Below, piece by piece: positions 1-6,847 of a stretch of 10,239 nucleotides of DNA (within the stretch, counting starts at the first letter, position 1; every line of letters starts with the position of its first letter). The DNA comes from a bacterium (GTDB lineage Bacteria > UBA10199 > 2-02-FULL-44-16 > DYJF01). Below the pieces are notes generated by a model. The model saw only the letters and a program-made list of their open reading frames with translations, did no database searches and had not been told where the DNA came from. The stretch covers positions 1 through 10,239 of the forward strand of contig JBGSNL010000046.1 of assembly GCA_041739675.1 (NCBI GenBank), in the 5' to 3' direction. Both the position numbers and the translations under genes were made by a program.

Positions 1-127
1 GGCAGTGGGGTCATGGGTACGGCGTCGTTTTTGGGTTACGGCCCAAAAACGCACCTCGTCTCTCGGCGATTGCGGCATCATAACCATGGATGCAATCGCC
101 TCCGAGACGCCCCATGACCCCACAGCC
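1..127. repeat. Three-way-junction palindromic element (REP/MITE-like), probably truncated at the window start
   Basis: GTGGGGTCATGGG (5-17) pairs with CCCATGACCCCAC (111-123). Internal hairpin CGTTTTTGGG (26-35)/CCCAAAAACG (42-51). Second arm CGTCTC..GGCGATTGC (57-73)/GCAATCGCC..GAGACG (92-109). Confidence 0.7.
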
Positions 128-162
128 CCTACGCCTCCGAGTTTTGCACAATTGATGAGACA

Positions 163-384
163 GGGTGGCCGAATTCTCGTAGGGAAGCAGGGTATGAGAG
201 CATAAAGCGCCGGTTACGACCGCAGGCGTATGAGGAGCGAAAATGTTGACTGGTCTTGTGAGTTAAGGGCTGACAGCGGCAAGACACTTAACTCACATAA
301 GACCAGCAATATTTTCGCGACGAGTAGCCGGAGGGAGTGGCGCAGCTCTGATACCCTGCTTCCCGAAAGAGAATTTGGCCATCT
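163..384 (+). repeat. ~220-nt nested inverted repeat forming a rod-like hairpin (MITE/REPIN-like element or structured ncRNA)
   Basis: Outer arms 163-201 and 345-384 (GGGAAGCAGGGTAT/ATACCCTGCTTCCC core). Middle helix CCGGTTAC (210-217)/GTAGCCGG (324-331). Inner arms 237-267 and 287-318. Confidence 0.75.
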
Positions 385-394
385 TTCGATTTAT

Positions 395-1096
395 TTATTC
401 AAGTAATGTGAGTAGACGTTTTGAAATTTCGAGTCCGATGCGGCGTCCTTGAGATGTGAGTCTTAAGAGTTCCGCTTTGGTGAGCGGGTTGACCGAACCC
501 ATCGAGCCCACAAGATATGCCACGTGCGCAATGTATTCCAGCTGCTCCAATCTGTTGAACGTATCCTCAAGATCTTTTCCCAGGACAAGAACTCCGTGGC
601 GCATGAGCAGAAACGCGTTGTGGTCGGCAAGATAAGGTTTCAAAGCCTCGGGGAGTTCGTTGGTGCCCGGCGTGGCGTATGGAACTGTTGGGACCGGCCC
701 TATGTAGATGGCAAGCTCGGGAAGAAGCATTTCGGTGAGCGAGATCGAAGCGAGAGAGCATGCCGTGCAATAGGGGGGGTGTGCGTGGATCGCTGCGTGG
801 ACGTCGGCCCGATGCCTGTAAACCTCAAGATGCATCGCGATTTCGGTGGACGGTCGGGGGACAGTTCCCTCCGGAGCGACAGTGTTTGCATGGCAAGGGG
901 AACTGTCCCCCGACATGTTGCACTCGACGATCAGTCCCGCTTCCATCTTGTCTTTTCTCGTCGCGCGGGGTGTGATGAGAAGGTGATTTTCGCTCCTCAC
1001 GGAAACGTTTCCACTTGTGGCAACAAGATAACCGCGGTCATAGAGCTTCCTGCAAACTTCGGCTATCGCAGTCTTTTCTTGGTCAATATGCTTCAT
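395..1096 (-). CDS. Class II aldolase/adducin family protein (FucA/MtnB-like metalloenzyme)
   Basis: 233 aa. Phosphate-binding ATSGNVS, PSTE..MH (FucA-like Glu), metal ligands HAH and LLMRHG. ATGA overlap with the upstream gene at 1093-1096. Confidence 0.9.
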   Translation of the reverse strand: MKHIDQEKTAIAEVCRKLYDRGYLVATSGNVSVRSENHLLITPRATRKDKMEAGLIVECNMSGDSSPCHANTVAPEGTVPRPSTEIAMHLEVYRHRADVHAAIHAHPPYCTACSLASISLTEMLLPELAIYIGPVPTVPYATPGTNELPEALKPYLADHNAFLLMRHGVLVLGKDLEDTFNRLEQLEYIAHVAYLVGSMGSVNPLTKAELLRLTSQGRRIGLEISKRLLTLLE

Positions 1097-2109
1097 ACCT
1101 CTTCAATCAACTCCTCTTGCCGCCATGCCTTCTTCCTGTTGTGCGTTCCAAGGAATATGAGTCCGGTGACGATCCACACTGCGGCGCGGATCCTCTTTGA
1201 TATCTGGATCGTGATCCCTATTGCGGGATCGAGATGCAGAAGATAAAGGACGCCGCTGTACGCACCTTCCATAACGCCCAGCGCCCCCGGGACAAACGTG
1301 AACACCGCGTTGATGACGGGCGTCATGGCGCACAAAACGATGGATGCGAAGAGCGTGAACTCGTCAGAGACGCATCTCCCGATTGCGTAAATTTCGACTA
1401 TTCCCAGGAGCCTTCCGGCCGTGTGGCACCCCAAGGCGATCCAGAAACCCTTGTGGTCCGCCGTGTAGAAGTCGATCATGTGGCTGTCCAACTCCTCGAA
1501 GCGGGCGATTGTTTTTTCGGAAAACTCCTTTTTGATCCCAAGCCTTTTGCTGAGCGTCATCAGAAGCGAGAAAAATCCCTTGCGTTGATGTATGAGAACG
1601 AACGTCATAAACAGGGCCGCGATTATCGTAACGATCGGCACGCCGTATCTCAAGTTTGAAGGGAGGCGTCTGAAGCCGATGAAAGCGACTGTGATCCCGA
1701 AGATGATGACGATGAGTGTTGCGGCGCTGTGAAGTGTCCGATCCACCACGACGGAGGCCGCACCTTCCGTCGTCGCGAAATTCTTCTTGAGAAGATGGAT
1801 GCGCAGGGGATCGCCGCCCAGAAAGTTCGCCGGTGTCAGCGTGTTAACCGCCTCGCCCGCGATCTTGATGCGGAAGAGTTCCCAGAAGCCGATGCCGTTT
1901 CCTACGCGCGACAGAAATTGTCTCCACGCCTCGGTGTACAGCGTATACCAGACAAGCCCTATCGCGAAGATCGGGACGAGCCTCCATCCCAGCGCCCTGA
2001 TGTTTTCAAGGATGGGCGCAACTCCGATTTTGCGGATGAGTACGATGAAAAGAACCGCGCCCACGAGAAGGAAGAGTGTGCGCAACTTTTTTGCCAATGC
2101 CTTTGTCAT
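1093..2109 (-). CDS. LPG_synthase_TM / UPF0104 flippase-like integral membrane protein
   Basis: 338 aa with many hydrophobic segments. Family motifs GEAVNTLTPANFLGGDPLRIHLL, SVVVDR and FVPGALGVMEG. Confidence 0.88.
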   Translation of the reverse strand: MTKALAKKLRTLFLLVGAVLFIVLIRKIGVAPILENIRALGWRLVPIFAIGLVWYTLYTEAWRQFLSRVGNGIGFWELFRIKIAGEAVNTLTPANFLGGDPLRIHLLKKNFATTEGAASVVVDRTLHSAATLIVIIFGITVAFIGFRRLPSNLRYGVPIVTIIAALFMTFVLIHQRKGFFSLLMTLSKRLGIKKEFSEKTIARFEELDSHMIDFYTADHKGFWIALGCHTAGRLLGIVEIYAIGRCVSDEFTLFASIVLCAMTPVINAVFTFVPGALGVMEGAYSGVLYLLHLDPAIGITIQISKRIRAAVWIVTGLIFLGTHNRKKAWRQEELIEEV

Positions 2110-2828
2110 TTTAAAAATTCCTCATTGTTTGCAAGTTTCACCTCTGCGATTTTCAGATCCTCTGGAGTGTCCACCTCCAGCCAGCCCACGCCCGACGCAT
2201 CGCAGATATCGATCTTGGAGCCGTTGGCGGCCAAATGGCCCAGGACCCATTCCACCGGGCAGCTGTCCCCGTATATTTTTCTCGTCTCCCGGATCGCGTC
2301 TATATATTTTGAAAGATGCGTTTTCCTGCATGAAGTCATGCCGATGTATCCGCCGTCGAAATCCGTGAGTGTTTTCATTATGCGCACGAGGTTCCTGTTT
2401 TGATCCAGCTTGACCTTCATGTCGTCATGGACGAGCCTTCTGTCGAAATCGCACACGGCGCTGATGCCGCGGACGCCGTTTAAAATTATCGGTAGCATTC
2501 TTTTGGGGTAGATGTGGTCGACGTTCATGAGCAGAAAATCGTCGTCCAGGAATTCTATCGCAGTCTCGAGCGTCCTTATCGAGCCGTCTTTATAATCAGG
2601 GTTGAAAAAAATTTTTGCGTCCGGGGCGTGTCGCCCGACGAAATCTTTGAGGTTGTCTGCCATGTAACCTGTCACGACCGCCTTTGCGGTGATTTCCGGA
2701 TGATCCAGAAAGTCAAACACGCGCAATATCAGTTCGCGCTCGGCAACGGGCACCATGGCCTTGGGGCGGCTCAAAGTGAGATCACCCAGGCGGTTGCCAA
2801 GCCCTGCCGACAGAATAAGTGCCTTCAT
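2106..2828 (-). CDS. Nucleotidyltransferase, IPCT/LicC-like phospho-alcohol cytidylyltransferase
   Basis: MKALILSAGLGNRLGDLTLSRPKAM glycine-rich signature, FLLMNVDHIY and WLEVDTPEDL. The ATG at 2828 overlaps the HAD stop (TGATG) and is preferred over the TTG at 2831. Confidence 0.88.
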   Translation of the reverse strand: MKALILSAGLGNRLGDLTLSRPKAMVPVAERELILRVFDFLDHPEITAKAVVTGYMADNLKDFVGRHAPDAKIFFNPDYKDGSIRTLETAIEFLDDDFLLMNVDHIYPKRMLPIILNGVRGISAVCDFDRRLVHDDMKVKLDQNRNLVRIMKTLTDFDGGYIGMTSCRKTHLSKYIDAIRETRKIYGDSCPVEWVLGHLAANGSKIDICDASGVGWLEVDTPEDLKIAEVKLANNEEFLK

Positions 2829-3466
2829 CAAAACTTCCTTTTCAGATCGGACAGATTTTTTATCACGTCCGATTTCGGAAAATGTTTTTTGAATTCATGA
2901 CGCCCGAAAGTTCCCTCTTTGCCTATGAAGTCGATGCCGAAATCAGCCGCGCGCTCGCCATCCTTGATAGAGTCGCCGACGAACGTAACGTCGTCGTGGT
3001 CGCAGTCAAGCTCGCGCATGATGTGCGCGAAGTGGTCGGCACCTTTCGCGAAGTTGGGGCGAAAGCCCAGAACCATGTCGAAGGCGATGCCCGTCTGCCC
3101 CACAAAACGGTCCACCAGTTCCTGAAAATTGTTGGAAGAGACGCAGACCTTGATGCCTTTTTTCCTCAAGGTTTCAAGCGTCTCGGCGGCATCCTCGTAA
3201 AGGGGTTTTTCAAAATAGTTTTCGAGCTTTTTCTTCTCGAACTCGTCGGCAGCCTTTTTGTTTGCCGGATTTCCGGGAAAGATCACCTCAAGCTGCTGGA
3301 AGAAGGGGAGCCCCGAAGTTTCAAGGTAGCGGCGCCTCGCGGTCTCGCTGTCTATCGGAAAATACTTCGGCATCACTTCCGCTGCGACGTCGGCGAAGGC
3401 TTCCATCGAGTTGACGATCGTGCCGTCGAAATCGAATACCAGAACTTTTTTCGCGGGTTTTGTCAT
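2828..3466 (-). CDS. HAD-superfamily hydrolase (phosphatase, Gph-like C1 cap)
   Basis: Motif I VFDFDGTI, motif II VSSN, motif III Lys (FAKG) and motif IV FVGDSIKD. ATGA overlap at 3463-3466. Confidence 0.92.
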   Translation of the reverse strand: MTKPAKKVLVFDFDGTIVNSMEAFADVAAEVMPKYFPIDSETARRRYLETSGLPFFQQLEVIFPGNPANKKAADEFEKKKLENYFEKPLYEDAAETLETLRKKGIKVCVSSNNFQELVDRFVGQTGIAFDMVLGFRPNFAKGADHFAHIMRELDCDHDDVTFVGDSIKDGERAADFGIDFIGKEGTFGRHEFKKHFPKSDVIKNLSDLKRKF

Positions 3467-4809
3467 GCTGTCTGCCCCTCAGTGTCTTCAACTGCCGTGT
3501 TTTGCGTTTCTCTTTTCGTAGCCAGGGATTGCACGCCCAGATAAGTCAGAATTACCGCTGCCAGCGTCGTTCCGAATGCCGCGATGAAGAGCCACCAGTA
3601 AAGAACGCCGAAGACGGCAAAGACAAGGAACATGAACGAAAAGACGTCTTTCTTGAGCGTGTATTTTCCGTACTTGATGAACCCCAAGAGCCAGCGCGGC
3701 TGATTTTTAAGTTTTTGCAGATATTCCTTGTCGAACGTGACGAGGCTCGCCGAATTGGTGTTCTGTTTCAGATATCTTATCATCCAGAAGAAAGTGATAG
3801 CCGTCGTTGCCAGGAGCAAGGCGCCAGTGATGAATGCCACGTGCGAATGAGTGTGCCGCCAGTACCCGGCGATAAGCCCGGTGAAGAAACTTCCCAGCGA
3901 AAGATTGTCGCTCACCGAATCTATATACTGGCCGAACTTGCTGCAGCGGAACGTGAGCTTTGCGACCTCGCCGTCACAGCCGTCGACTACCGACGCGATC
4001 TGGAAGAGCACGGCGCCCAGAAGGATGACATCGTATCTGTGGCCGTCCGCAGCAAAGACGCCCGAAAAAAGGCCGATCACGATGTTGAACGCGGTGATCC
4101 CGTTGGGGCTGATCCAGAGCCTCGACAAAATTATGCTGATCGGGAGCGATATCCGCTTGTTTATATATCTTGCGATGGGGCCGGCGGTCGAGAGCCTGAT
4201 CGATTCGGCCAGAAACTTTTCGGCGACGATTCTCTCGCGCGGTCTCCGCACCAGGAATGTGTTCGATGCGGCCGGTTTTTGAACGACGCGCAGATCGGAC
4301 TGCTCGGATAAGAATTTGATGCAACTCTCTATGGAACGCGGTTTCACCGTCGTGAATTCCACAAGGCTCGCAAAAGAAGTTCTCGTGAGCTTCATGATCG
4401 GCACCTGGTGCGAACCCTCGTGACAGACCAAAAGCTCCGAGCCGCGCACCGAAAATGATTTGATCGTTTCGATCACTGCGCTGTCGAAGATCAGATTCGC
4501 ATTGATGAGCAACGTGTCGTGATTCGTATTTCCTGCGACTTCAGCGACGATGTCAGGGCTCACGCGGTACGGTTCGTCGTACGATACGATCCTTATATCC
4601 GGCAGCCGTCTCTCATGATATCTCTCGAGGAACCTTTCGATTTTTTCGCGCTGCGTATTGGCGATGAGAAGCGTGACGCTTTCGATGCCGGAGGAGGCAA
4701 GCGTCATGATGCCGCGGACGATCAAAGGTACCCCGGCGAGCTTCATCGTGGAGACGACCATCGCCTCGGGCGTGTCCGAAGGGACGTATAAAATCGCTTC
4801 GCTCTTCAT
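3463..4809 (-). CDS. CDP-alcohol phosphotransferase (DIPPS-like) with an N-terminal degenerate nucleotidyltransferase-like domain
   Basis: CDP-AP signature DGCDGEVAK...GQYIDSVSD, preceded by DIPPS-like GPIARYINKRISLPIS...SPNGIT. The ~200-aa soluble N-terminus (AILY...LAGVPLIVRGIMTLASSGIESVTLL) resembles an NTP-transferase fold but lacks the GxGxRL/PK motif. Confidence 0.88.
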   Translation of the reverse strand: MKSEAILYVPSDTPEAMVVSTMKLAGVPLIVRGIMTLASSGIESVTLLIANTQREKIERFLERYHERRLPDIRIVSYDEPYRVSPDIVAEVAGNTNHDTLLINANLIFDSAVIETIKSFSVRGSELLVCHEGSHQVPIMKLTRTSFASLVEFTTVKPRSIESCIKFLSEQSDLRVVQKPAASNTFLVRRPRERIVAEKFLAESIRLSTAGPIARYINKRISLPISIILSRLWISPNGITAFNIVIGLFSGVFAADGHRYDVILLGAVLFQIASVVDGCDGEVAKLTFRCSKFGQYIDSVSDNLSLGSFFTGLIAGYWRHTHSHVAFITGALLLATTAITFFWMIRYLKQNTNSASLVTFDKEYLQKLKNQPRWLLGFIKYGKYTLKKDVFSFMFLVFAVFGVLYWWLFIAAFGTTLAAVILTYLGVQSLATKRETQNTAVEDTEGQTA

Positions 4810-4864
4810 TTGAATCGAGCCTACCTATCAGGAAAGTGCCCGTACTGTAAAGGGAATTCGTGCG

Positions 4865-4894
4865 TTGACGGTATGCATGTGTTTGTGCTAGTCG
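4865..4894 (+). promoter_or_regulatory. Putative sigma70 promoter for the radical SAM gene
   Basis: TTGACG (4865-4870), 18-bp spacer, TGc-TAGTCG extended -10-like element. GAGGG lies before the ATG at 4906. Confidence 0.35.
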
Positions 4895-4905
4895 AGGGCA
4901 CTTAA

Positions 4906-5868
4906 ATGGGTAAAATCGTCCACAAGAAGCCCGGCTGGTTGCGGGGGTTTTATTACTTTTTGAGATGCAAGGCACGGGGGAACGTGCCGCTCATAAACCT
5001 TGAATTCACAAAGCGTTGCAACGCGAAGTGCTCCTTTTGCCAGTACTGGCAGCTTGAATCCCCGAATGAATTGGAGGACTACGGCCCGGTCATAAAGCGT
5101 TTCCGGCCGGTGATCGTCTCTATCTCCGGCGGCGAGCCGCTCACGCGTAAGAATTATCCTGACCTCATAAAGAGCATCAGGCCGCATACCCACTACATTT
5201 CGCTCATCACCAATGGCGCGCTATTAAATGAAGAGTCCGCGAAAAAGCTGGTGGATGCGGGCGTCGACCATATCTCGGTCTCGCTGGACTATTTGAGCAA
5301 CATGCATGACGAGGCGCGAAAGATAGAAGGGCTTTTTGATCATCTTTCCCGCACGATACCTGATCTTGCGGCCAGAGGTTACAGGCTTTCGCTCAACACG
5401 ATCATCATGGAATCGAATCTGGATCAGATATTGCCCATTGCATACCGCGCAAAGGAGTGGGGTGTGTCGGTTTCATACTCCGCGTACTGCACGCTGAAAA
5501 TCGACGACGACGACCAGATGATAAGGCAGAAAAGGTTGAAGCAGTTGGGCGAGATCGTTGCGGAACTCGTGCGTTTGAAAAGGACGTTAAGGAACATAAG
5601 GAACTCTGATTTCTACCTTGAGAGAATTCCGGATTATTTTAAAAATGGCATGGTGCGTCAATGCAGGGCGGGCTCGCGCTGGTTGCATGTAACGCCCGAC
5701 GGCTTCATCCAGCCATGCTCGGAGCTCCCGAGAATCTGCCATTATGCTGATTTTAAAAGGGAATTGACGAAAAGTCCGGCCTGCGCAAAGTGCTGGTACA
5801 CCTGTCGCGGCGAGGCGGAGGCCCCGCTGCTTAAACCCAGGCGGTTCCTGGAGTTCATCAGATCGTAG
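4906..5868 (+). CDS. Radical SAM enzyme with a C-terminal SPASM/twitch-like Fe-S domain
   Basis: CxxxCxxC (CNAKCSFC), SGGEPL, ITNG and VSLD motifs. C-terminal CRAG...VTPDGFIQPC...C...CAKCWYTC. Confidence 0.92.
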   Translation: MGKIVHKKPGWLRGFYYFLRCKARGNVPLINLEFTKRCNAKCSFCQYWQLESPNELEDYGPVIKRFRPVIVSISGGEPLTRKNYPDLIKSIRPHTHYISLITNGALLNEESAKKLVDAGVDHISVSLDYLSNMHDEARKIEGLFDHLSRTIPDLAARGYRLSLNTIIMESNLDQILPIAYRAKEWGVSVSYSAYCTLKIDDDDQMIRQKRLKQLGEIVAELVRLKRTLRNIRNSDFYLERIPDYFKNGMVRQCRAGSRWLHVTPDGFIQPCSELPRICHYADFKRELTKSPACAKCWYTCRGEAEAPLLKPRRFLEFIRS

Positions 5869-5881
5869 CTATAATTTTTAC

Positions 5882-5910
5882 TTGCATAGAAAAAATTTTA
5901 CGCGTATAAG
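5882..5910 (+). promoter_or_regulatory. Putative sigma70 promoter
   Basis: TTGCAT (5882-5887), 17-bp spacer, TATAAG (5905-5910) in an AT-rich intergenic region. Confidence 0.55.
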
Positions 5911-5974
5911 CCCCAACCAATCACGAGGAAACCAAACATTTGCCCCCTTTAAAGGGGGAGAGGAGGGGAGACAG

Positions 5975-6169
5975 ATGAAGAGATTGATAGGAGTAGCAGT
6001 AGCAGTAGCGTTGTGCGGTTTCGTGTTCGGCTGCCAGAAAAAGGCAGGTCCGGAAGCCGAGAAGGGCATGGAAGCAAAGCCGGCACCGATGGCAGCCCCA
6101 GCAGTTCCGCCGCCACCGCCGCCGCCACCGCCGCCAGCACCGGCACCTGAGCAGGGCGGAGGGCAGTAA
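5975..6169 (+). CDS. Small proline-rich lipoprotein (64 aa)
   Basis: AGGAGG SD at 5961-5966 and ATG at 5975. MKRLIGVAVAVALCGFVFG-C lipoprotein-type signal, then an Ala/Pro-rich tail with 10 consecutive Pro. Confidence 0.75.
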   Translation: MKRLIGVAVAVALCGFVFGCQKKAGPEAEKGMEAKPAPMAAPAVPPPPPPPPPPAPAPEQGGGQ

Positions 6170-6268
6170 AAATTTTGAAAGCAAGGCACCCGCGCAATAG
6201 TGTGCGGGAGGCCAGTTATTAAATTGAATCCATCCCAAATAGCTTGAGGGATGGAAGGAGGAAGAAGT

Positions 6269-6700
6269 ATGAAGAAGTTGTTACTGGTAGCGTTGTTCGT
6301 TGCGGTTCCGGCGCTCGTACTCGCGCAGGCGAATCCATCGACGACAGCCCCGGCTAAGACCGAGGTGAAGAAGATCGAGTCGACAACGACGTCAACGACC
6401 ACGACGCCGGCGAAGACCCCGGAAGCTGCAAGGGCAGCGACCACGACGAAGACCACCGAGACCGTGAAGACGGCCACCACAACGACGACCACGCCGGAAA
6501 TGGTTCTCATCGGTGAGATCACGAACGTTGACAACGCGAACAAGAGCTTCACGTTGAAGGTGAAGGAAACCAATAAGGAAGAGAAAATCTCCTTCAAGGA
6601 AACCAACCCGAACCTTAAGCACGGCCTGAAGATCAAAGCAGTCTATGAAAAAGATGCTTCCGGCAAGTATTGGCTCAAGAGATACGAAGAGACCAAGTAA
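6269..6700 (+). CDS. Secreted hypothetical protein: Thr-rich linker plus small beta-rich (possibly OB-fold-like) C-terminal domain
   Basis: AGGAGG SD at 6256-6261. Sec signal MKKLLLVALFVAVPALVLA-Q, Thr-rich low-complexity region, C-terminal GEITNVDNANKSFTLKV...LKHGLKIKAVY. Confidence 0.8.
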   Translation: MKKLLLVALFVAVPALVLAQANPSTTAPAKTEVKKIESTTTSTTTTPAKTPEAARAATTTKTTETVKTATTTTTTPEMVLIGEITNVDNANKSFTLKVKETNKEEKISFKETNPNLKHGLKIKAVYEKDASGKYWLKRYEETK

Positions 6701-6716
6701 TCGGGAAAATTAATCG

Positions 6717-6756
6717 AAACAAAAACCCGCCAAGATTTTGGCGGGTTTTTTGTTTT
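6717..6756. terminator. Bidirectional rho-independent terminator
   Basis: AAAAACCCGCCAA-GATT-TTGGCGGGTTTTT (6721-6750) with A and T tracts on both sides, between converging transcription units. Confidence 0.88.
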
Positions 6757-6757
6757 G

Positions 6758-6829
6758 AGCCGGCAAACGGATTTGAACCGTTGACCTGCCGATTACGAAT
6801 CGGCTGCTCTACCGCTGAGCTATGCCGGC
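6758..6829 (-). tRNA. trnT: tRNA-Thr(CGT), CCA not encoded
   Basis: Minus strand reads GCCGGCATAGCTCAGCGGTAGAGCAGCCGATTCGTAATCGGCAGGTCAACGGTTCAAATCCGTTTGCCGGCT. Anticodon arm GCCGA-TTCGTAA-TCGGC; T-loop GTTCAAATC. Confidence 0.96.
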
Positions 6830-6847
6830 GGTATAATATTGTCAATG

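Noticed and set aside
5..205. 66-aa + strand ORF
   Set aside because: It runs through the two palindromic elements and shows no recognisable protein motif.
1..394. CRISPR array or retron
   Set aside because: The repeats are inverted rather than regularly spaced direct repeats. No cas or reverse transcriptase gene is in the window, and the segment that would be msr is very short.
524..4791. Long + strand ORFs antisense to the operon (524-1246, 1729-2403, 2819-3544, 3460-4311 and others)
   Set aside because: They are shadows of motif-bearing minus-strand genes and have no recognisable domains.
5975..6169. Small ORF as a RiPP precursor for the upstream radical SAM
   Set aside because: It has a lipoprotein-type signal and its own predicted promoter, the radical SAM shows no obvious RRE extension, and no peptidase or transporter is nearby.
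5878..6636. 252-aa minus-strand ORF with poly-Gly and poly-Val
   Set aside because: It is the antisense mirror of the poly-Pro and poly-Thr + strand genes, which have a promoter, SD sites and signal peptides.
6830..6847. Perfect TATAAT (6832-6837, +) and TTGACA (6840-6845, -) in the tRNA spacer
   Set aside because: They are on opposite strands and neither has a convincing correctly spaced partner hexamer.
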